Source of the DNA: an uncultured Pseudomonadales bacterium
GTDB lineage: Bacteria; Patescibacteriota; Microgenomatia; UBA1400; PJMF01
Direction of reading: 5' to 3'
Assembly (NCBI GenBank): GCA_964570775.1
Contig: CAZMZI010000001.1
Location: 1-36,267 of the forward strand
DNA: 36,267 nucleotides
The notes below the pieces were generated by a model. It had not been told where the DNA came from, ran no database searches, and worked only from the letters and a program-made list of their open reading frames with translations. The translations under genes and the position numbers were made by a program. Within the stretch, counting starts at the first letter, position 1. Each line of letters starts with the position of its first letter. This document shows positions 27,460 to 35,643 of this stretch, in pieces.

Positions 27460-28369
27460 GTAACACTACTGGCTGTTTCCCAAAGCGCTGTAATACAAAG
27501 TCTACCGCTGCTTGCTGTTCAAAAGTACTACCAGTTAATAAGTAACTCAGCCATACACGTAGTGCCAAAAAAATACTTTTACTTGAACCATGTTTGAAGG
27601 TAAAAAGTAATCTGTTTCTTGCAATATAATAATTATGGGTATCAGAACCAGCACCGCCACTTGATTGTGCATTTTTATGCCAAATCACAGCTGCAGGACA
27701 GAAACCAATACTATACCCAGCTTTCTTAATACGAGCACTTAAATCTACATCTTCAAAATAGAGAAAAAAGCGTTTGTCAAATATGCCCACTTTTTCTAAT
27801 ACCTCTCTCTTTATAAACATACAACAACCTGTTGCATACTCACTCTCTTTCTGAGAATCAAAATGGCCTCTATCCAACTCATCTACTCCTCTATGAAATG
27901 CGGATAAACTTGTCCAATCAATGCTTCCACCTGCATACCACAAAATCAAACCTTTTTGGCTTTTTGTGTATGACGGGTGATACTCATTTCCAGGGTAAAA
28001 ATAAATTTTAGGGCAAATAACTCCATGTTCGGGATACTCAGTGTTGCACTGCAGCAATTTACCTAGAAGTTGTTCATCTACCGTTGTATCGTTGTTAAGC
28101 AACAATAAAAAATCTGAGTTATATCGTTCAACTGCATTATAAATACCAAGATTATTTCCTCCGGTAAAGCCTAAGTTTGCTTCACTTCTCAGAACTTCAA
28201 ATTGCTTGGTATTTAAAGATTCTGGAAGTACATATGGCTCCCTAGAAGCATTATCAACAACTACTACATTGAACTTAACGTCTTTACTGCGTAACTTACT
28301 GAGCGAATGTAAACATTCGTTGGTCTCTTTTGGTGAATTATAGGTAACAACTATTATTGATATATGCAT
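27449..28369 (-). CDS. GT2 glycosyltransferase, COG1216/WbbL-like subtype (candidate rhamnosyltransferase).
   Basis: 306 aa with ISIIVVTYNSPKET, VVVVDNASRE, NLGFTGGNN, LLLNNDTTV, TGCCMFIKREVLEKVG, YFEDVDLSARIKKAGYSI. Confidence 0.8.
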   Translation of the reverse strand: MHISIIVVTYNSPKETNECLHSLSKLRSKDVKFNVVVVDNASREPYVLPESLNTKQFEVLRSEANLGFTGGNNLGIYNAVERYNSDFLLLLNNDTTVDEQLLGKLLQCNTEYPEHGVICPKIYFYPGNEYHPSYTKSQKGLILWYAGGSIDWTSLSAFHRGVDELDRGHFDSQKESEYATGCCMFIKREVLEKVGIFDKRFFLYFEDVDLSARIKKAGYSIGFCPAAVIWHKNAQSSGGAGSDTHNYYIARNRLLFTFKHGSSKSIFLALRVWLSYLLTGSTFEQQAAVDFVLQRFGKQPVVLHAE

Positions 28370-28401
28370 GTAGATACTTTATTATACCGCATTCACCAGG
28401 T

Positions 28402-29298
28402 TTACCACTGTAATTTTCGGCGAACTCTCGCTATCAAAGAGTGTAAAGGTGTGCGGTGTGTTACTTCCCAATCTGATATCCAATAGTTGAGTTCTTTTTG
28501 AAACAATCGTAGCTCTTTTATAGTAGTGGCTTGATCAGCTTGTGTACTCAAGCTACCTTCGGCCTCCCACTGTTTAAGAACAACCACAACTTCAGAGAAG
28601 GATTGTAGAAAACTGAGTGCTAGACCATGCATACCTTCGTCAATAGCTTTTTGTGCAAACAGTCTGCTTAGTAACTCAGTTCTAAATTGCGCAACAACCT
28701 TCGCAACAGTTGCAGTTTCTGATGCACCATTCTGTCTGGCTTGAATTGTTGTGTAGTTGTTCAACCGCTCCACAAATTGAGATATGGAAGTATAGTTAAG
28801 GTGAAAAAGAGCTGCTGATCTGTCTGCAGGAAAGTAGGAACTACTCCCTTTAATAACAGGTACCGAGTGAATTGCATCTGACCACTCGATTACTCCGTTT
28901 TTAAACAGTCTTAGTTGGTAATCTGGCCACCAACCATCACTCTCTATTTCTTTTCCAAAGATTGAGTTTGATCTAGGCAAAAAATATGCGTCTGCCTGGG
29001 GATGTTCAAGCTCTGCAACAATTTTTCTTTTCAATGTAACTGGCAGAACTTCATCAGCATCCAGTATGAGTACCCACTCTGTTTTTACTTTAGACAAAGC
29101 AAAATTCCGAGCAGGTTCTACGTATCCAACATCCTCAAACAAATAGGTTGCGCTTGCATACTTTTTTGCAATAGTTCTAGTTTCATCACTACTGTGCATA
29201 TCTACCACTATGACAGTCTCCGCAAATGTAACAGATTTTAATGCACTTTCAACAGTTTTGGCAGAGTTTTTTGTATGAACAATTACCGTTAGTGACAT
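28402..29298 (-). CDS. GT2 glycosyltransferase, WaaE/KdtX-like subtype (paralogue 3 of 3).
   Basis: 298 aa with LTVIVHTKNSAKTVESAL, VIVVDMHSSDET, LILDADEVL, and the C-terminal GMHGLALSFLQSFSEVVVVLKQWE. TAATG junction with the flippase gene. Confidence 0.8.
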   Translation of the reverse strand: MSLTVIVHTKNSAKTVESALKSVTFAETVIVVDMHSSDETRTIAKKYASATYLFEDVGYVEPARNFALSKVKTEWVLILDADEVLPVTLKRKIVAELEHPQADAYFLPRSNSIFGKEIESDGWWPDYQLRLFKNGVIEWSDAIHSVPVIKGSSSYFPADRSAALFHLNYTSISQFVERLNNYTTIQARQNGASETATVAKVVAQFRTELLSRLFAQKAIDEGMHGLALSFLQSFSEVVVVLKQWEAEGSLSTQADQATTIKELRLFQKELNYWISDWEVTHRTPLHSLIARVRRKLQW

Positions 29299-30806
29299 TA
29301 TCGCAAGCTCCTTATCTCTTGTATCAGTTTAGCACGGCCAACAAGCAACAGTGTTGTTACATATGTTACCGAGATCACAACTCCACCCAATAACATTTCA
29401 TATACACCTCTTTGCCAAAGGGACATACCAGCTATTCCTACTGCAGCCATTACAACAGCAGAAAGTGTTTGTCGCCAAATGGTTTCCAAGAAAGAAATGG
29501 GAACTATTTTTTGTACAAAGTACAAGGGAACAAAGGATGAAAACGAAATTACTAATGCAGCAACTGCAACCCCATTGTACCCAAACAACCAGATGCAGAG
29601 AGGAGTCACAAGCCAAGTTAGCGCTATCCACATTACCATAAGCCACAAAGTTGTGTTTATTTTTCCAATTGCTGTGAGTGCATTTGTTAGCGGCGTCGAC
29701 ACTGCACTCCACCCAATGCTAGCGGTAAACAAGATTAGACTTACAAGTGCAGGCTCCCACTTTGCATATGCCGGGAACACAACAATAATTGGCTTACTTA
29801 GAATTATCATTCCAACTAACATTGGGAAAAGTACTAAAGTAATAAAGAAAAGCGATTTTTCAATTGCTTTTTTAAGTAATAGTGTATGACCTTGCAAACG
29901 TGAAAAGGTGGGAAAAGTGATTGCCATGACATTTTGCACCGTTAAACTGTATGGGTACATAGACCACTGTTTTGCAAAATTAATATAACCAAACTCTTTA
30001 TTTGATAATGATAAACCAAGCACTAAGTAAAAAAGTTGATCTTTAACTCTAGCCAACAGGTCATTGACTTGAAATTTAGCACCAAAGCCAATCAATGACT
30101 TTAATGATGGCTTATTGAGTGCAAAACCTATCTGCCATGGCTGTAACCACAACATAACAACCAAGCCAACTAAAGACCTAAGTACAATTGCATATGCAAA
30201 CGAGATCACACCAAAGCCGCTTATTACCAAGTATAAGAGGCACACCTGAAAAATAATTTGTTCCACTATTTGTGGGATAACTAACTTTGAAAAATCAAGT
30301 TTCCTCTCAAGCATCACCGACGAAACTGTTTTAACTGTAGCTAGTGGAAACGAAACAGCAGTGGCGATAAGAATCCAAAAACCTGCATCACCCGCCTTCT
30401 GCCTAAATACTGGTGTTAAACCAACAAGTAGTGCACCAAAAACAATGACCCAACTTAGTATTTGTTGCAATGTAAATGCCGTTCTGTAATCGGTAAGTGT
30501 TGGCGTTTCTTTTTTCTGAATAAGTGCTGCTGCAAGTCCAATGTCCGAAACAAAAGTAAGGAGTCCAATTACTTGCAACACAATTCCGTACACACCAAAG
30601 TCCTCTGGCGACAAGTACACTCCCAACACAGCCGCAGACACAAAGCCTATGGCATTAATAAATCCTGTCCGAATAAAATAGGATACTGCACCAGATACAG
30701 AACGCTTTTTAATTTTTTGCAATGTTTCTGGCTCAATACTTTCACCATCACCAACACTAAGTAGGACATCCTCTTGTTCACTTAGTTGTGATGGGGTCTG
30801 TGTCAT
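29298..30806 (-). CDS. Wzx/RfbX-type oligosaccharide flippase (polysaccharide biosynthesis protein, MOP/PST superfamily).
   Basis: 502 aa with roughly 12-14 hydrophobic segments. The N-terminal region typical of the family reads SGAVSYFIRTGFINAIGFVSAAVLGVYLSPEDFGVYGIVLQVIGLLTFVSDIGLAAALIQKKE. It lies inside a glycosyltransferase operon, with an ATGA overlap to the upstream gene. Confidence 0.8.
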   Translation of the reverse strand: MTQTPSQLSEQEDVLLSVGDGESIEPETLQKIKKRSVSGAVSYFIRTGFINAIGFVSAAVLGVYLSPEDFGVYGIVLQVIGLLTFVSDIGLAAALIQKKETPTLTDYRTAFTLQQILSWVIVFGALLVGLTPVFRQKAGDAGFWILIATAVSFPLATVKTVSSVMLERKLDFSKLVIPQIVEQIIFQVCLLYLVISGFGVISFAYAIVLRSLVGLVVMLWLQPWQIGFALNKPSLKSLIGFGAKFQVNDLLARVKDQLFYLVLGLSLSNKEFGYINFAKQWSMYPYSLTVQNVMAITFPTFSRLQGHTLLLKKAIEKSLFFITLVLFPMLVGMIILSKPIIVVFPAYAKWEPALVSLILFTASIGWSAVSTPLTNALTAIGKINTTLWLMVMWIALTWLVTPLCIWLFGYNGVAVAALVISFSSFVPLYFVQKIVPISFLETIWRQTLSAVVMAAVGIAGMSLWQRGVYEMLLGGVVISVTYVTTLLLVGRAKLIQEIRSLR

Positions 30807-32548
30807 GTACTCTTTCTTACCAGTTTTCGTGAATCAAATTGATACAGTACATACAAACATACCACCAATGAAACAACTGTTATAACATCACTCGTATTTC
30901 TTATTGGAGTACCTCGCAATTGTATTCCAACCAAATGAGAGCCAGCAGGTAGCTGTAGTGCAATAGTACCTCTACTTGTAACCATATGTGGATACACTTC
31001 ACCATCTACTTCTACAACCCAACCTGGAAAAGCGGCAATACTAAACTCAACCAAGGTTTGAGTTGTAGCATCAACTGTGTAAAGCCGTTCGTGTGTTCTC
31101 TTCACTAACTCTGTCTTTTTTACGCATTCTGGTATGCAAACGATTCCTTCTGAAGGTGGAATTACTATCTGCTCTAGGTTAAGGTCTTTAGAAATATAAT
31201 CAGGCAAAATGCCACTCATTTCTACCTGAATTTTTTCTGGTTGAGCATAGTACAACCCTTTAGGATCGTCTAACACTGCTTCAGGTTTAAAATACAGAGT
31301 GTTACCAACTACTAACAGTGCCATGACAGTAAAAAAGTAACCCATTTGTATACCTTTTGACCGAATCAAGATCAAGGGAGATGCAACGAGTATGCTTGCA
31401 AAAAAGCTGGCAACACTTAAAAATCTCCAGGGAAACTGCACATACTGTAGAAGTGGAATGCTTGCCCAAATAGGTTCAGAACGCTGCAGTGTCATGTACA
31501 GTGACCCTAAAAGTAGAGTTACTGTTCCAGCCAAAATCCATACATGAGACTTGGAAAGCAGGAGTGGAATACTCTTTTGTTTGAAAAAAACTACACATCG
31601 CTTCAAAACAATAATGCCAAAGGTGATGATACCAAACCACTGCCCAAACCCCAAAAAGAAAGATATTGGATCGTCTGGACCCCATTCTGAGCCACCGTAT
31701 CCCCAAGCAAAATCAAAAAACTGGCGAATGTACAAAAAATGTAGATTATAGTTAAAGTAGTCACCAACAATTGCTTCGTTAATTTGTGTAAAGTCTTTTT
31801 CTAGAAAAGCTGGAAATAAGTAAAAAGCACTTACACCAATCGCTAATAAAAATGCAGCTCCTCCAGTAAGTAACTGTTTCCAACTCATACTCTTTTTTGA
31901 ACTGTTCTTGTGTGTATGTTCAGAGAATAGGTAGATAGCAAAAAAAGCAAACAAAAAGGGGACTGCGATGAGTGTTGTCAAATTGTGACTCAAAAAAAGT
32001 ATGCAAAAACTCACCACTAGTATGCCAAACCCCCGATGAAGTGAATGACGAAGACTTAAAAAACCATACACAATCCATGGCAATGCCATCATTCCCCAAG
32101 CCTCACTCACTGCTCCACGCACAAATAAATTTAAAGCTCTATAGGGTGCCAGCGTTAATGCAAATGAAGTCACCACTCCTGCCCAACTGCTATCAAAAAG
32201 CGATTTGCCTAAATAGTAGCCACCAATTACCGTACCAACCGTTGCAATTAAAAAAAGTAGTTTTACCGAGCTAACTAAGGGTATACCTAGCATGTAAAAA
32301 AGCGCACCTAGTAAATAAGGAAGTGGTGCATAAAACTCAAAGAGTGGCATTCCATACCCGTACCCAAAGTTACTACTCCATCTTGCCGGAATATGACCGT
32401 CAGCTAGAGCGCGAGACATTTCAACAATTCGAGCCCCATGCACAAAGTCGTGTATTTTAAACATGCCTGGTCGCAGTAACGCCCAAGAGGTTACAAAAAC
32501 TGCAACACATAAAAATGCCACTGTAAAATAGGGTACAAGTTTTTTCAT
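30803..32548 (-). CDS. Polytopic membrane protein, PTPS-related/YfhO-like GT-C candidate (paralogue 3 of 3).
   Basis: Motifs: MFKIHDFVHGARIVEMSRALADGHIPARWSS...YGYGMPLFEFYAPLPYLL, mid VQFPWRFLSV, C-terminal FPGWVVEVDG...LPAGSHLVGIQL plus a terminal TM helix. Start at ATG 32548 (MKKLVPYF...). The ORF-track start at 32554 is a TTG. First gene of the 10-gene minus-strand operon. Confidence 0.6.
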   Translation of the reverse strand: MKKLVPYFTVAFLCVAVFVTSWALLRPGMFKIHDFVHGARIVEMSRALADGHIPARWSSNFGYGYGMPLFEFYAPLPYLLGALFYMLGIPLVSSVKLLFLIATVGTVIGGYYLGKSLFDSSWAGVVTSFALTLAPYRALNLFVRGAVSEAWGMMALPWIVYGFLSLRHSLHRGFGILVVSFCILFLSHNLTTLIAVPFLFAFFAIYLFSEHTHKNSSKKSMSWKQLLTGGAAFLLAIGVSAFYLFPAFLEKDFTQINEAIVGDYFNYNLHFLYIRQFFDFAWGYGGSEWGPDDPISFFLGFGQWFGIITFGIIVLKRCVVFFKQKSIPLLLSKSHVWILAGTVTLLLGSLYMTLQRSEPIWASIPLLQYVQFPWRFLSVASFFASILVASPLILIRSKGIQMGYFFTVMALLVVGNTLYFKPEAVLDDPKGLYYAQPEKIQVEMSGILPDYISKDLNLEQIVIPPSEGIVCIPECVKKTELVKRTHERLYTVDATTQTLVEFSIAAFPGWVVEVDGEVYPHMVTSRGTIALQLPAGSHLVGIQLRGTPIRNTSDVITVVSLVVCLYVLYQFDSRKLVRKST

Positions 32549-32595
32549 GAACAATACTATTCTAACAACAGTTATATCAGATTAAAAACACAATC

Positions 32596-32623
32596 TTGTG
32601 TGCATACTAAACGCCGTTACAAT
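32596..32623 (+). promoter_or_regulatory. Candidate sigma70-like promoter for the LCP-rfb block.
   Basis: TTGTGT (32596-32601), a 16-nt spacer, then TACAAT (32618-32623). If it is used, the transcript would start near 32630 and the LCP start codon would be ATG 32643, preceded by AAGG at 32631-32634. AT-rich background makes chance matches likely. Confidence 0.25.
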
Positions 32624-33767
32624 GACTACTAAGGCAAAAAACATGAAAAATCACATAGAAGTTGCTAATCAGATCGAAAAACAAACACAACCAAATGACC
32701 ACGTTGAAGTGTTATCAGGCTGGCAATTATTTGTAAAAGCTACCATATTATCTTTGGGCATAACCACAGTCTTTTTACTCATAACTGCAGTTGTACTTAT
32801 TGGTATTGGCTGGTCAAAACTTAACACTTTTTTACAATATGCGGATATTTCATTGAGTGAATTAAAACAAGATATACAGCTTGGACTTGACTCAACTGAG
32901 TATGAAAATAAAGACACGGTAGTCTTCTTGCTTCTTGGTCTCGATTCTCTCCAAACAAGACCAGGTAGTCCAGCACTCACAGATACCATGCTTTACGCTG
33001 TGGTAAACACCAAAACAGGGACCATTACAACAGTTCCGCTTCCTCGAGATCTTTGGAGTGAAGAGTACCAAACAAAAATAAATGCACTGTATCACTATGG
33101 CAAAGAACGCTATCCAGATGCACCACAAACATTTAGCCAAGAAGTTCTCGACGCTTTGTCTGGACTTACAACCACCCACACAGTTGTTGTAACAATGGAT
33201 ACTGTTGCAGAAATTATTGATATTCTTGGAGGCATTACTGTCGACGTGCCGGCTGGATTCACTGACACCGAATTTCCTCGAACTGACGTCGACGTCACAA
33301 AAGTTACAGATCCAAAGCTGCTCTACGAAACAATTACTTTTACTACTGGGTTAGAGCATATGTCTGGAAAAAGAGCACTCCAATACATTCGTAGTAGAAA
33401 AAGTTCTGACGACCAAGGTACCGACTTAGCTAGAGGTCATCGTCAGCAACTCGTTTTAGAGAGCATGCTGCAAACACTCCAAACCAGAGAAGTACTCACC
33501 AACCCTGTTATTATGGGTACACTTTTTGCATTTTACAATTCTCAAGTTGGACACTATATTCCAGTAGAAAGCGTAGTAGCTATGGCAAAAAAAATGTATC
33601 CTGTCAAAAACTCTATACAGTTTAAAAACCTAACACTCACCGTGTATCCAGAGGATAGATATGGAGTACTCACAAACCCACCACTCTCAAAACACAAACA
33701 GTGGGTGTATGAAATAAAAGATCAAAAAGCTTTTTCAGATTTTTTTGCTACAGTACTAACTAGGTAA
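32622..33767 (+). CDS. LCP (LytR-CpsA-Psr) family glycopolymer-to-cell-wall phosphotransferase.
   Basis: One N-terminal TM helix (ILSLGITTVFLLITAVVLIGIGW), then an LCP core: VVFLLLGLDS, TDTMLYAVVNTKTGTITTVPLPRDLW, GKRALQYIRSRK, DLARGHRQQLVLESM. The start is ambiguous between GTG 32598, ATG 32622 and ATG 32643. Confidence 0.85.
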   Translation: MTTKAKNMKNHIEVANQIEKQTQPNDHVEVLSGWQLFVKATILSLGITTVFLLITAVVLIGIGWSKLNTFLQYADISLSELKQDIQLGLDSTEYENKDTVVFLLLGLDSLQTRPGSPALTDTMLYAVVNTKTGTITTVPLPRDLWSEEYQTKINALYHYGKERYPDAPQTFSQEVLDALSGLTTTHTVVVTMDTVAEIIDILGGITVDVPAGFTDTEFPRTDVDVTKVTDPKLLYETITFTTGLEHMSGKRALQYIRSRKSSDDQGTDLARGHRQQLVLESMLQTLQTREVLTNPVIMGTLFAFYNSQVGHYIPVESVVAMAKKMYPVKNSIQFKNLTLTVYPEDRYGVLTNPPLSKHKQWVYEIKDQKAFSDFFATVLTR

Positions 33768-33774
33768 AAACAAA

Positions 33775-33987
33775 ATGCTCTCTTTAGAAATTACCCATCT
33801 AACAAAAATCAGAGTACTAACGGCACTTGTTGTTGTGTTAGCGTTGCTGGCTGGCATTTACCATGAAAAAGCATCTCAACAAGAAAAAATGTATAATAGA
33901 CTTGAAGATAAGTATGTTCGCGTTCGTAGTCAGCTTGGTGTTGAAGAAACACAAAGACTCATTGATCTAAGCTATAATCAACAATAA
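33775..33987 (+). CDS. Small single-pass membrane protein, unknown function.
   Basis: 70 aa with one hydrophobic helix (VLTALVVVLALLAGIY) followed by a charged helical tail (QQEKMYNRLEDKYVRVRSQLGVEETQRLIDL). It fills the gap between the LCP gene and rfbB exactly (7 nt and 8 nt spacers). No family recognised. Confidence 0.4.
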   Translation: MLSLEITHLTKIRVLTALVVVLALLAGIYHEKASQQEKMYNRLEDKYVRVRSQLGVEETQRLIDLSYNQQ

Positions 33988-33995
33988 GGGACATC

Positions 33996-35024
33996 ATGAC
34001 ACATTCTGGAAAGAAACTACTTGTTACCGGCGGCGCAGGATTTATTGGTAGTAACTTTATTCTTTATTGGATGGAAAAGTATCCAGAAGACCAAATTGTC
34101 AATCTTGATGCGCTGACCTATGCAGGTAACTTATCCAACCTTGTTTCAGTTGCAGACAATGAAAACTATACGTTTATTGAAGGAAATATCTGCGACCCAG
34201 ACATAGTTAACCAGGCAATGTCTGGTGTGCATACCGTTGTCCACTTCGCTGCAGAATCACATGTTGATAGATCAATATTGAATCCAGGTGCATTTGTCCA
34301 AACAAATGTTATTGGTACACAAGTGCTTTTAGATGCAGCACTGACACATAAAGTTGCACACTTTCACCACATTTCTACCGATGAAGTGTTTGGCTCACTC
34401 AGACTTGGTGAAACAACAAAATTTAACGAGCACACACCCTATGATCCCCGCAGCCCGTACTCTGCTAGTAAAGCTGGCTCAGACCACTTAGTACGCGCAT
34501 ATGGTGAAACGTATGGCCTACCCTACACCATTACTAACTGCTCAAACAACTATGGTGAGTATCAATTTCCCGAGAAACTCATCCCACTAGCAATCACGCA
34601 CTGTATTGATAGCCTAAAAGTACCCATATATGGTGAGGGCAATCAAATTCGAGACTGGCTTTATGTAAAAGATCACTGTAGTGCCATAGATGCAGTGCTC
34701 CAAGCTGGACCAACGCAAAGTACCTACTTAGTTGGTGGACTATCTAAAGATATCCCTAATAAGACTGTTGTTACAACAATACTTTCTTGCATGCACAAAG
34801 GTGAAGAAATGCTAGAACATGTGCCAGATAGAGCAGGACATGATGTGAGATATAGTGTTGATTGGTCTGTTATACAAACAAAGCTTGGTTGGAAACCATC
34901 TGTAACCTTCGAAGAAGGTATTCAAAAAACAGTTGAATGGTACATAAACAATGAGGCATGGTGGAGACCGCTCAAAACAGCAGCCGCTGGATTTTTTGGT
35001 ACAAATTACACAAACAGAAAGTAA
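33996..35024 (+). CDS. rfbB: dTDP-glucose 4,6-dehydratase.
   Basis: 342 aa with LLVTGGAGFIGSNF, HFAAESHVDRS, ISTDEVFG, YSASKAGSDHLVRAY (YxxxK), ITNCSNNYGEYQFPEKLIP, GEGNQIRDWLYVKDHC. AAGGGA RBS lies 4 nt upstream of the ATG. Confidence 0.95.
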   Translation: MTHSGKKLLVTGGAGFIGSNFILYWMEKYPEDQIVNLDALTYAGNLSNLVSVADNENYTFIEGNICDPDIVNQAMSGVHTVVHFAAESHVDRSILNPGAFVQTNVIGTQVLLDAALTHKVAHFHHISTDEVFGSLRLGETTKFNEHTPYDPRSPYSASKAGSDHLVRAYGETYGLPYTITNCSNNYGEYQFPEKLIPLAITHCIDSLKVPIYGEGNQIRDWLYVKDHCSAIDAVLQAGPTQSTYLVGGLSKDIPNKTVVTTILSCMHKGEEMLEHVPDRAGHDVRYSVDWSVIQTKLGWKPSVTFEEGIQKTVEWYINNEAWWRPLKTAAAGFFGTNYTNRK

Positions 35025-35085
35025 CGTCCTGCACACAGTTTTTAAACCCTCCCCTACTGATCTTGATGAACAGGGCATAGTAGCT

Positions 35086-35643
35086 ATGCCTATACCAGGC
35101 ATGTTCTTTGTTGCAAGCAAAAAACATATTGATGACAGAGGTTACTATAGTGAACTATCACGTATACCAGAGCTAGACCCACACCTTCCACAGCCACTGG
35201 TGGCAAAACAAGTAAACTTAGCTCGTTCTGAAAAAAATGTTGCCCGCGGTATTCATGCTGAGGACTGGAATAAGTTAGTAACCGTAACTCATGGTGTATG
35301 TTTTTGCGCTTTTGTAGATTTACGACCCACCTCACCCACCTTTACACAGGTTACAACTGTTGTTCTAGGCCATGGTACTGATGCAACTTTTGGCAGTGTA
35401 TATGTACCAACTGGTATTGGTAATTCACTCTGTGTTCTTGAAGGACCAGTAGACTATCTATACATTGTTGACCGGTTATATAAGGAGCGTGACCCAGCTG
35501 GTGATCAAGCATTCTCACTTTTTGACCCAGATTTAGCTATTCCTTGGCCACTTCCAATTGATCAGATGATACTGTCACAGCGCGACAAAGCTTCAATCAC
35601 ACTCAGAGAAAAGTATCCCGACCACTTTGGAGGGCAATCATGA
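35086..35643 (+). CDS. rfbC: dTDP-4-dehydrorhamnose 3,5-epimerase (RmlC-type cupin).
   Basis: IPGMFFVASKKHIDDRGYYSEL, VARGIHAEDWNKLVTVTHGVCFCAFVDLRPTSPTFTQV, VYVPTGIGNSLCVL, DPDLAIPWPL. I prefer ATG 35086 (185 aa, normal RmlC length) to the ORF-track ATG 34951, which would overlap rfbB by 74 nt. Confidence 0.8.
   Translation: MPIPGMFFVASKKHIDDRGYYSELSRIPELDPHLPQPLVAKQVNLARSEKNVARGIHAEDWNKLVTVTHGVCFCAFVDLRPTSPTFTQVTTVVLGHGTDATFGSVYVPTGIGNSLCVLEGPVDYLYIVDRLYKERDPAGDQAFSLFDPDLAIPWPLPIDQMILSQRDKASITLREKYPDHFGGQS

Noticed and set aside
28370-28401. TATAAT hexamer (complement of 28381-28386) in the 32-bp gap inside the second minus-strand operon, as an internal promoter.
   Set aside because: There is no acceptable -35 at 16-18 nt spacing. 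It lies only 11 nt from the ATG, and such hexamers are expected many times by chance at this base composition. It is kept only as part of the general note that -10-like hexamers sit close to start codons at the few gaps.
34951-35085. Long form of rfbC starting at ATG 34951, overlapping rfbB by 74 nt.
   Set aside because: The extra 45 residues (MRHGGDRSKQQPLDFLVQITQTESN...) are read from the rfbB 3' end in another frame and are not RmlC-like. From ATG 35086 the protein has normal RmlC length. It is not fully excluded, because there are few residues ahead of the IPG motif.
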